Positions 50,701 to 61,687 of a stretch of 64,000 bases of DNA are shown here, in pieces. The stretch is from positions 1,614,001 through 1,678,000 of the forward strand of contig MU053652.1 in the NCBI GenBank assembly GCA_013239625.1. The letters run 5' to 3'. The notes beneath the pieces were generated by a model. The model saw only the letters and a program-made list of their open reading frames with translations. It made no database searches and was not told the origin of the DNA. The translations under genes were made by a program, and so were the position numbers. Source of the DNA: Lama guanicoe (Eukaryota). The stretch's first letter is position 1, and each line of letters opens with the position of its first letter.

Positions 50701-53043
50701 ACGGGACCCAGGAATCACATTTGCAGAAGGTTAAGACAGACAGCTGCATGACCTTTGTGCAGGGTTTACCGACTGGGGGATTAGGACGTGGGGCGGGCAA
50801 TGCCGTGTCCTGACACCGAGACGCCAACCTCATGGAGCCTCACACAAAGGCCTGCACACCTGTATACACACCGACGTGTGCACACACACTCTCTCTGCTC
50901 TGGATGGCCAGCGCACTTTCCCGTGGTGTCTGTTCCCCCACCTTTCTGTCTGTCTGTCACTCTGCTGTGTTTCACTGTCTCACATTCACACTCTGCACAG
51001 TCATCCCTCAGCCTCCCTCTGTCTCCCTCTTTCTGTGGTTTATCCTCCCTCACACCCACACCCTACACGCAGCAGCTAGTTCAGTGAGATTCCTCCTGCG
51101 TGTGCGCACACATCCCAGGCAGTGTGCAGCGGTCCAGCCAAAATTGACAGCCGAGCCTCTCATTCAGTCAGCACTCAGACCAGCACGGCTTAACCACCCA
51201 GGTCTGCATTTCTGGGCCTTTCCTTCAATTCCTGTCATCCTCACAGGGTGGCGTCTTGGCCGGGATACTGGCCTGGGGGCTTGGACTTTTGGGTCTCAGC
51301 CAGTCCTGGCTCGTACGAGGTCATTGGGCTGGTGAGTGGTTTCCTTTTTGCTTTGAATTATGCATTTCATCTTCCAGAAGGAGGTGATAAAACAATATCC
51401 CTTTATTAAAGTGTGCTGAGGCTCCCAGGGAAAGAGCAATCGTAGACGTTAATAAGTAACGATAGACACAGGGCGCCCTGTATTTATTTGCAGGACACTG
51501 AAACATCTCGTTGCACCTTCAATATATCCTCCTCTGGTTACAACACCCACCCGATGAGACAGAAAGGGACTTCGTAATATTGCTGCGATTTCATGCTTAT
51601 GTATTTTTCCTCACCAATATCTGCTTTTGAGAAATTCGGGCTGTGCCGAACCCAGATGTTGTGTTCAGAATCCCAGGCCTCGAGCATGCCCCGTCCACCT
51701 TCCCTTCCATCCGGTGCACATTATGAAAGCTCAGTTGAGGCATTTGAAGAAAAGGATACATTCACAGCCAGACCCTCCCGGCCATCACCTTCCCGCATCC
51801 CTTAGTTTTTGTAAGGCCGGAGGGAATGACTATCCATGGGCACATGGCGCTTGCTTCTCTTCATTAACAAAGTTAGTGGGGAGAAGGGAAGAAGACAACT
51901 AATGGAGTTCTCCGTTCAACTTCTCAGTTTAGTTTTTTCCTAGTGGATCAGCCCTCACCCCACCCCACCCCAGTGGCCACATATGTGAAATGGGATCAGC
52001 AGGAGAGAAGAAAGCCCACATCTTTTCCTAGTCTCGGTGTCATTACCATGTCTCTGTCAGTGTTCCAAAATCGAGCGGCGCTTGTTCAGCTGATTTATCC
52101 TGTATGCAGGCAACGTTATCCAGACCCACTCTCGGGCCTGAGGAGCAGGAGGGGACGCTGCACAGCACCACGAGGGGGCTCATAAAATTCACTCCCGCTG
52201 CAAGGGAGTGACCTGGCCCGTAATTCAGCCTGGTGAGCGGGGCCACTGCTTCCCAGCCCCCGCCCGCAAACACACAAACTTAATCATTGTGGTGTGCCCC
52301 GCTCCAGTTACAGTGCCAGTGGCGGCTGAGGCTGTCTGCAGTAGATGGGGACGGAAGTGGGAACTTGGGATTGAGGCACTGGGTAGGACTTCGTTGCCCT
52401 TGACAGCTAGCCACTGGGGACCTCTGAAGCTTAAGGTACAAAAGGAGGACGGCACCCAAGTGGGTTTTGCTGGGAGCCGCTCCATGGCCTTCCCTGGTCT
52501 TTCCCAGGGATCCAGTTTTGGCTTCTGAACCAGCCCCATCACGGTGGGTAGCCATCTGTGGAACTGGGCTGGCGGAGTTTTGTTCCTGTGCCTCTTGATT
52601 GGCCAGCCTGTATCTCTGGTCATGGTGTCATGGCCCTGCCTGCTTACCAGAGGGAGGGACCCGAGGCTCTCAGCAGCTGAGCTAATGAGGAGAAGGTCGG
52701 GGGTTCAGTCCCCGGGGTCCTGACTCGGAGCTGCTCTTTGTCCGCTGGGCTCAGCGACTCCCAGGGGGGGTGCATTGCTTCGGCTCACTGTGGGTCACAG
52801 CCCGGGCAGCAGAGCATGTGCGGGGCTCAGTGCCCCTCTCCTGGGAAACACTCACGTTAGTGGCATTAGTTTCCTATTGGAAGGATAGCTTGTTATCGTG
52901 ATGAGCGAATGACCACTTAGATATGTGGTGGGACAGGGCCCCAGACAGTCTCAAAACACCATAGAAATATCAAAGTGAGTATAAAAGTAAGGGTTGCTTT
53001 TAGCAAATCACTTTCAATATTCCATAGGCAGTTAAGTGCATTA

Positions 53044-53633
53044 TAGCAGTCCCCCCTTATCCACGGGGGATACGTTCCAAGACCCCCAGTGGATGCTTGA
53101 AAATGCAGATGGTACCAAACCCCATATATACTGTTAGTTTCCTATAATATACTGTGATAAAGTTGTATAAGTTGGGCACAGTAAGAGGTTAAAACAGTAA
53201 CTAATAATACAGTAAAATACTTGTAACAATATACTATAATAAAAGTTATGTGAATGTGGCCTCTCTCAAAATATTGTATTGTACTTACCCATCTTCTCGG
53301 AGGACATGAGATGATAAAATGCCTACATGATGAGATGAAGTGAGGTGAATGGTGTACGCATGATGATGCAGAGTTTGACTGCTGTTGACCTTCTGATGAT
53401 ACGTCAGAAGGAGGATCATCGAACCAGGGAGATGTCGATGGTTGGATGTCGGGAGAAGATGATGTTGATGGTTGGGGATCCTGGGCGGGTCAGAGCTGGA
53501 TGGCGTGAGATTTCATCACACTACTCAGCATGGTGCGCAATTTAAAACTTATGAATTGTTTACTTACGGAATTTTCCATTTAGCGTTTTCAGAGCATAGG
53601 TAACTGAAACCACAGATAAGGGGTTAACTACTG
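53044..53633 (-). mobile_element. MER44 (Tigger7-derived TcMar) DNA transposon, ~590 bp
   Basis: TIR-like ends tagcagtccccccttatcc / gataaggggttaactactg, TA at 53042-53043; internal gagatttcatcacactactcag...tttaaaacttatgaattgttt. Confidence 0.85.
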
Positions 53634-55069
53634 AAATTCAATCAGTATTTACATCAGAAGACCCTCCCCTGCCCCCCCCACGCCGAGCTCCTAAAACATG
53701 ATGACTTTCTAGCCCGTATTTTGGTGCCCGTCCTTTTGAGATGCTTAGAAGAGGGCACATGGCTCTCAGGTGTCTCGGTGCAGTTTGTTGGGTTCTTTTT
53801 CCAAACCTGAGCCACTTTTCTTGAAGCCCCTTCAACAACGTGTTTGTCTAACGAGGTTACTGTGGCTGCGGCTTGCTGGTTTCCCCTCTCTTTCTCTGCG
53901 CATTCATTTCCCGTACAGTCTCATTGAAAAAGACACAATAAAGAACCATTCTGAGATAACACATTAGCAACTAAGTGGATGAGGCCTCCTTCCCACTCCT
54001 TTCCCGACGTCTGTGTTCACAGCCGAGGTGTGGGGCCAACCTTCACCTCTATCAGGACTTTTCTGGCTCTCAAGAGAGTTCGACCGGCTTGGGTCAGCAC
54101 AGGCCATGGGCAGAGCTTCAGGGAGGGTTGGAAATCATAAAAGAGAGAGGAAAGTTTATGCAGAACAGTAAAGCAATCAGTGGGCGGTATCGTCCATGTT
54201 TGGGGATTTCTCTCTCTGTTACAGAAACAAGCGCTCAAGCACGTGGGAGTATTTTATGGCGTCACAAGTTTTCTGATGAGAGTAAACTTAAGCCAACCAG
54301 AGCCTCCCCAAGAGGTTCCTACCCGCCTGAGGTCTCTCTCTGCAGGCCAGGGGGCACACAGAGTCATCTCCAGGGGTGCATACACTGTGGGCTTTGGACC
54401 CTGGTGTGCATTTCTGAACACCTTGAGGTCAACCCCACATTTGAGATCTGGCCCCAGTAAGTGGAGCCTCATTATCTTCCTGTGCTGCAGAGGTTTACAG
54501 CTGGAGTCTGTACTTAGACATGAGCTACTACACTTACCTGATCAATATCTCCCTTTAAAAAGAAACCCCACATGCATAATTCACTGATTCCCCATTTCCA
54601 GCGGAGTTCGGCCCTGGGCAGCTCCCGGTGTGTGTGTGCGTGTGGGTGTGTGTGAGAGTGTAATTAACTAACGGGAAGACGTTTGGGGCTGCTGAGGACA
54701 GAGACTCTAATGACCTTTCTTTTCCACATCAGCAGGCACTTCTGGGCTTCTGTCTTCCTTTTCTCCTAACTTATATTTCCTTTCAAAACTTCAGCTTTGG
54801 GACAGATCAGCCCAGGAAAGGAGGAAATGCACTCTGATGATCGGCCACGGGCCTCCCCAGGACAGGAGAGTTATTTCCTTCCAGAGATCCAGGAGGACAG
54901 AGCGCCATCCTGGACAGGGACAAGCAGTGGAGGCCTGTCTTAAGCAACTTCTCCTTCTGGGAATAGGTTCTGATCCTGGAATCAGTTCCTTTGGGGTCAC
55001 CCTCTAGCAACCCTGAAGGCGGCCATGGAATACCAGTTTTTCCCTCTGGACTGGGAATTTCAGGTTCTG

Positions 55070-55480
55070 GTAAATCTCTCCTCAGTTACTTGCTAGGTCG
55101 TGAGGGCATTGTTTTACTCTCTAAGCCTCAATTTTTCTCTTCTGTGAAATGAGGCCGTTGAATTCTAAGATCTTGAGTCATTTTCCTCTGAAACAGCCCG
55201 ATGTGTGCCAGGGTGGCTGTGCACTGTACTAGACAGAGAACCCAGAATCGAGCCCAAACTTTGCCTCTTCTGCGAAGCCCTGCTGCTTCCTCCAGCAGTT
55301 GTGGCCCTGCCCTCTGTCCCTCCAGCCCCGGGTATATCACTGAATCTGGGCACACGGGACATCATCTAATCATGGATCTTGTCTGTCTCCCCCACTGAGA
55401 AAGGAGCAGAAACAGGGATATTTTCATCTTCATATTGTTGGGTCCTCACCTGGTGTTTGATGCTTAGTGGGTCCTCCTAA
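55070..55480 (+). mobile_element. MIR and L2 3' fragments
   Basis: ctctctaagcctcaatttttctcttctgtgaaatgagg (MIR); tgtctgtctcccccactgag...gcagaaac...catcttc (L2 end). Confidence 0.5.
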
Positions 55481-56909
55481 ACGTCCTTAAGGAAAGTAAT
55501 GAATGAGAAACAGTAAATAATGTTGTCTTCATTCAGTGCCTCAGTTTCCCCTGATGGAAACAGGAAGTTCCAATAGCCCAAGTGACCAAAAGTTTGATGG
55601 AAAAAGGCCCAACTGAAGACCCCACAGTGGGTGAGCTTGGGCAAGTCTCCAACGCCTTCTCCCCCTTGATGGCCTGGCCTCCCAGCTTTGGGGCTGGGCA
55701 TGGGGGTGCTCGGGATTCCTCTGCCTGAGGCTACTTTTGTCTTCAGGGAGGGCCAGAGAGCTGGTTTTCTCCTGGATGGAAGGCCTCCTCTCTCTGCTGG
55801 ACTAGGAAGTGCCTACAAGCCAAAGGGAGGACCAGATCTGACTTTGTATTTTCTGTTCTGAGCTCAGAGACGGCGACTGCTGGGCCCAGAGCAGTCGGCA
55901 GCTGCATCCCCAGTTGGAGGCGTTGGCTGCATTTGTCCATCCCTGTGGGCTCACCTGGTCGGCCTCCTTTGAATGAGTTTACGATATTTGTAAACAGTGG
56001 ATGCCTTGGGTCGGAGGGGCAGCCTGTGGCTATGGAAGAGACCGTGTCCCAGAGCTGAGCTAATTGGCCCACAGGGGGATGGACCTGGTGACATTTACCT
56101 CATTAGCACTGCTTTTGGACCACTGAGCTCTGGCCTAGTTCTGACCTTTCCATAATAAGGACTCAAAGTGGGGTTTCTGCAAAAGTGGTGCAACTAAGGG
56201 CGGGGCTAAACCAGCTCCACCTGGGGGGCGCCGTTAGGAACCAGTCTTGAGGCCATGCTAGCCAGGATGAGGAGTGATTTCAGGATCAGGTCCCCAGCCT
56301 GCCTCACCACCTGAGGCCTTCGAGCTGGATTAGCTCAGATGTCAGGGTGATGATGGTTCCTAATGAGTGTGTGAGCGGGACACAGGGTTAGAGGGTGATG
56401 CCCCCACTGTCCCCCAGGTCTGCCCCTTTCTTCAGGCCTTCTCAGAGGGACCACTGAACACTGCTGGGGTCCTTGGCTGGCCGCTTTGCAGCTCTGCCCT
56501 GGAGCCTGGGGAGACTTCAGAGGAAAGAGGCTGGCAGCATTTAAAATCCCCTTTCCGTGGAGATGATAGAGCTTTTCAGAGTGCCAGTCTCTCTGCAGAG
56601 TGGGAGCAATTTCCCTGTAATTGGTAAAGTAACCGTAACTGCTCTGTCATTTGTATGTAGCGACATGTAATTGCACGGTAACCTTTGCCGCTGTGTGCGA
56701 GGGAAGCGCAGTGAGCTATTTGATGGTAATTCGGAGTGTCAGCTCCGGCTCCCCATGCCACCTCCACCACCAATGCTCTGCTCTGGGAGGCCATCGTGGG
56801 GCCCCTCCACCTCCAGGCCCTTGGGTCCTGCTCCAGTGGTTACACCTGTCACGTGCCGTTCTCTCCCCTGCCTGGTCTATGGCGCCCTCAGCAAGGAAGG
56901 TGATCTGGG

Positions 56910-57042
56910 ACAGTGCTTCTCAAACCTAGTAAGCAGCTAAATCACTCAGGAAGGTGGTAAGATAGAGATCCCTGAGCCCCAACCCCAGAGTTTCTGATCT
57001 GGTAGAATGGTGCTGGGGCCCAAGAATTTGCATGTCTAATGA
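56910..57042 (+). mobile_element. MER5A fragment
   Basis: cagtgcttctcaaac...aatcac...cccagagtttctgat...ggggcccaagaatttgcatgtctaa. Confidence 0.7.
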
Positions 57043-57264
57043 GTAGGGCCACTTCTTCTCAGTATTAGACCATTTCTCTGCTCCTTCGTTCAGCCTCATT
57101 GGCCTGCTGGATCTTTAGGAAGTACCGCCTTTGCTATTTCACCTTGATAACGTTAGCCCCTTTGATCATGATAACCTCTCTCTGAGGTAGATTCCATGAA
57201 TTTCCCCAACGACACAAAGACTCACAAAGGTTGCCTGAATTGTCTTAAGGATGACGAACAGTAC

Positions 57265-57500
57265 TAAGAGCTAACACTCTCCCAGCACTTGCTAAGTGCC
57301 AGACAGTGTTCTACATGTATCAGTCTTTTAACCCTCACCACGGCGCTGGGAAGTAGATGCTATTATTATTATCCCTATTCTACCTGTGATTAACTGGGGC
57401 ACAGAGAGGTTAAATAACTTGCCCAAGGTCACACAGCATTAAATGGTGGAGCTGGGATTCACACCTGGGCATTCTATCTCTAGTTCCACAGTGTGAGCCA
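57265..57500 (-). mobile_element. MIR SINE
   Basis: agctaacac...agcacttgctaagtgccagacagtgttcta...ggcacagagaggttaaataacttgcccaaggtcacacagc. Confidence 0.85.
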
Positions 57501-60500
57501 TTACGAGACTCAGGCTTTTATTTAGTCGTCTGTCCACCCATCCATCATCCATTTAACACGTACGTTTTAATCTGCTGTGAACACGAACCAAGCCAAGGCT
57601 GCAAATGTGCACAAACCATGGTCCTGTCCTTGTGCTCATGGTCCCTGGAGTCCAGTGGCTCACCAGTCTTAATTAGAAGCCAGGTACCCCAGGAGGACAT
57701 TTGTGGGAGGCAGATTTGCTAGAGGGGACCCCAGAGGATGTGGCCGCGCCTCAGGCTTCCAGGTCTGGTCACAGGGTTGCCCACCACACATACTTCCACG
57801 CAGCAGAAAAACCCTGATTTCTTTCCTTGGTACGGGTGAACCGGCTCACTGATGAATGAGCACTATATGGTGGCCTTGGTCACCCCTGGGTGTTTGTGGA
57901 ATGGCGGAGGGAGGGGTGAGGCCCGGGGCCCACAGGCACTCTGGGCTCCTGGTTACAGCAGTGTCCAGTCCCTTCCCAGCTCCGCTGGCTGCCGCTCTAA
58001 TCTTGCTGTTAATAGGGCCCAGGGGAGGGCTCGGCCAGGCCAGAGCAGACAGGCTCCTCCCCCACTGCCCAGGGTGCTCAGGAATCCGCGCCAGCCCTCA
58101 CCTGTCCAGGCCTTTCACCAATTAGCCTTCCCTTCCAGGGCCCACACGGCCCTGCTGTCTGCTCCCTTCACCTCAGCCTCCTGGGGGCTGCGGGCCCGGT
58201 GGGACCCTCCCCCCTCTCTCCTCCTGGTGCTGTAATTGCTCTGTGGCCTCGGCTCAGGCTTCGGCTCTGACTTGGCAGGTGGTGTCCTTGGAGAGCTGTG
58301 CTCTGGCCAGGGGCTTGCAAGGGCCACTCCCTGCAGCTATCCCCATCCTGCTCTGGGCGGAATTTCCATTAGAGAAATAGAAAAATTAACGTGAAATACC
58401 CCCTTGCCTTGATGAAGTGCTCTCCAGGTCAGCCAGTGCCTTCACATCTAGTCCTCACGACGGACTGTCTCACTATTTTACAGTCAAAGCAAGGAGGCCC
58501 AGAGAATAGGAGGGGCCTGGACCAAACGGCATAATTGGGAAGCAGCTGAGCTGCTGTCGGAACCGGAGTCCCATGTTTTCTCCCACTATGTCAGTGTTAA
58601 AAATCCCTCCACCGTCACCCCTGCTTTGAGGAAACAGGGAGTAAGGCCCCCGCCGCCGCAGCTGGGGGCCGTCAGCATCCATGCAGACCTGGGCTGCTCC
58701 TGGTCCAAGGCCTCGATCACACCTTCATCACCTGTGGAGCATCTCCTCTGTTCAGAGGGAGAAACCGAGGCACAGAAGAGCCCATGCGGGAAGCCATCGT
58801 TGTCCCTGGAGTCCCGGCACCATGGTAGGAGCCTCAGTGGTGGCCTTTGCCTCAGTTGAGACTGAAGACAATACCACGAGGTCGGCTGTGTGGGATGACT
58901 GTCAGGTACAGATGAGGAGCCTGCGACCCGCCTCCTGACGGGCCCCGCAGGGAGCTGTCCTGAGCTGAAGCCGCAGAGTCCCGGCCGCCAGGCCACCAGG
59001 CCCGGCTGTTCTCACTTCCTTCAAACTAAAACATTCCTCGCTGGGCCCTTTCCCTCCGTGTGAGATACCACCGTGGCAGAGACTCACAGGTCCCTGATTT
59101 TCTGCCTCTGAGCAAGCGAGGATTTAATGCTGCAGTTGGCTGAACGCACACTCCTATTTTGTAGGCGGTTGGTGTTCTGCCCAGAGGATGAAAAGAATGG
59201 TATTCAGGAACTGACTGCCCAGAAGTGTTGTTCTGGGGGCTGAGCGACCTAAGCCTCATCAGATCCATGGGGCATGTCTTTGAGCGGGGGGTGGTAGGGA
59301 ACATGGGCTGCCTCCCTCCCTGCCTCAGTTTCACGTTGTGCAGAGCGGACAGTCATTCAGCCTCAGCTACCTAAAAAGTGGTTCATAATGGGCGAGGTAC
59401 TTTTGCTAATGGCAGAGGTCCCGGCAGGGCTGAGAAGGTCCAGGGTGAGGATTCCTTCTGAACCAGAGGCAGGAACATGCAAGGCCGTGATGATTCCTAA
59501 GCTGCTTTCGGAACGCCTGGCAGGTCACTGAGGTCACGTCCAGCAGGGAGAAGGCATTGTCTGCTCTTTATCTGGATTTCTTCCTTCCTCTTCTCTGTCC
59601 ATCTCTTTTGCTTTCCACCCTGTCTCCTCTCCTATTTCCTCATTTTAGGAAAGAACCATAGAGATCAGACTAGACCTTGATGGCTGTTTTTTTGCAGGGG
59701 AAGGAGGTAGGGGTTGCCCAGACCATGCAAGAGAGGCCAAAGGTGATCAAAGGCATGGGACAGACATCTGCTCTGCACGTGGCCTGCCGAACCTGCCCGT
59801 GCTCTCCCCCTCCCTGCCCTGACTGCCCCACCATGGTAAGAAGAAAGGGAGGGGTCTGAGAGGGGATTTAGATGCTCAGCACGTTGTATTCCTTGCCTAT
59901 CCCAATGCCTATCCGCCCCCCACTTCTGGGAGGGAGCCGAGGGGACCCCCCCAAATCCCTGGAAAGCTCAGAGTTGGCCACTTGACACAGCTTTGCTGGC
60001 AAGAGCCTGCCTGCTGGTTCTCCAGATGCCTTTTCCTTTGGCTGGATCGAAGCCTTTAAAAAAATGACACCTTGTATTTTATTTCACTCCTTTCTCTGAA
60101 AAGTCCAAAGACATTTACAGTCATGGGCTCTAAGGCTTTATGGAAACCCATCAAAAAGCAGAGGTTGTTTCCTTCATCTTTATAGAGTGGAAAATAAAAG
60201 CATAGGGAGATGGAATGACTCTTCTAAGAGCACACCGTTCTTCTGAGAGAAAGGGGGAAATCCAGTGTAGCATCCCGGAGCTCGGGGGTGTTGGTGCCAG
60301 CCCAAAGCTGCCCAGCGGGGGGCACTGGGGGCTCCTCACCAGCCGTTGTCAAGGTCTTCGTCCCTCCTCAGTAGGACCCCCTAGCTGTGACCCTGTGCTC
60401 GCATGGGGCTCTGGGAGCCTGGTATAGAACAGGGAGGAATTCAGCTGAAACACTGGGGGTGAGGTGGGGCGGGGAGATGGACCAAAGGCTGCTCTTGTCG

Positions 60501-60744
60501 GTTCCCTGACTCCTGAAATTGTCCCGGAGTCAGGAGCGAGAGCTGGGTCAGTGTGTCTCACAGGGCACCAAGGGATCCAGGGAGTGTTCTCGTTAAGTAA
60601 TGCTAATAAGTGTTTGGATCAAAAAAATGATTTGGGGAATAAAATGCTGGAAAGGCTGAGAGAATTTTGAACAGACTTCTTCTTGCAGGGCTTCCCTGGC
60701 CTTTCCTGTAGCTGAGCGTTAGGAGTCTCTTACCTGGTGTCAGC

Positions 60745-60852
60745 GCGTACTGTGTTCTAGTACATTCCCCCAAACTGCTTGCCCAGGGAGCCCTTTTATG
60801 GCAGAATATCTTGGGGAACTCGGGTTCCATGGAAGACACTTTGGGAAATGCT
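60745..60852. mobile_element. hAT-Charlie-like terminus
   Basis: gttccatggaagacactttgggaaatgctg end motif. Confidence 0.4.
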
Positions 60853-61504
60853 GGTGAAGGCACGGCAAGGTCAGGGCTGCCCTTCTCGGCCATGCTGTGA
60901 AAGAAACAGGGGCCTGCGATGGGGACATGGTGAGGCACCCCTGTGGCCTGCCGAGTTCATTCACAAACCTTCCGCTCCTGCCGTTCCTCCTTTCCCAGAT
61001 TGTCTGTACGTCTCTGCATGGTGTTGTCATACACGTATTAACACTTCTGGTTCTCTATTCCACGTGTTCACGTCCTCATCTGTGCGTCTGCTCCACAGTA
61101 AGTGTGTAGATGTGGAGCCCACGCCTCCCCACTCCGCAGCAGGGCCACCTGGAGGCCATGCTCATGGGTGCCGGCCCAGTGCTTTCCCAGTGATGGTGGT
61201 GATGGATCGTCTAAGCTACCAAGATGGCGCCTGGGGGGGCGGAGGAGGGACAGAGAGACCACGGAGTATGGTGAAAAGAGACTCCAGGGATCGGTCATTT
61301 TTTGCCATGGTCCTGCAGCCTACTCAGATGACTGTTGACAGGTTACCTAGTGTGCCTGGAACTGAGTTTTTCATGCAATAAAGGAGGGATTTATACCAGA
61401 TGATTCCTCTGTAAGGATTCTTCTTGCTCTGTAGTTCCCTGACTCAGTGCCTCTGCCAGTTGCCCTGGTGCTCACCCCTAATGTTCCTCCCTCTTTATTT
61501 TCAG

Positions 61505-61687
61505 CTCTTAACCATTGATGACAACTTCTGTGGCCTGGATATGAATGCCCCCCTGGGCGTGTCTGAGATGGTGCGTGGCATCCCCGTCTTCACGGAGGAC
61601 AGGGACCGCATGACTTCTGTCATCGCATACGTCTACAAGAATCACTCCCTGGCCTTCGTGGGCACCAAAAGTGGCAAGCTGAAGAAG
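61505..61687 (+). CDS. PLXNA4: Plexin-A4, second coding exon ([18 protein letters not shown]...[12 protein letters not shown]), 61 codons
   Basis: Acceptor cctaat...ttcctccctctttattttcAG| at 61504; donor AAG|GTAGGA at 61687/61688. 183 nt continuing the plexin-A Sema domain in frame from CSSA. Confidence 0.97.

Larger units (their letters stand above)
43708..61504 (+). other. PLXNA4: PLXNA4 intron (GT-AG, phase 0, 17,797 nt)
   Basis: Bounded by the donor and acceptor of two in-frame plexin exons. Confidence 0.93.

Noticed and set aside
52189..52211. Hairpin tcactccc-N7-gggagtga
   Set aside because: An 8-bp stem is expected several times by chance in 64 kb; too short for a pre-miRNA.
60779..61381. 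200-aa plus-strand ORF just before the second coding exon
   Set aside because: Begins in a DNA-transposon remnant at a non-ATG codon, with no plexin or other similarity.
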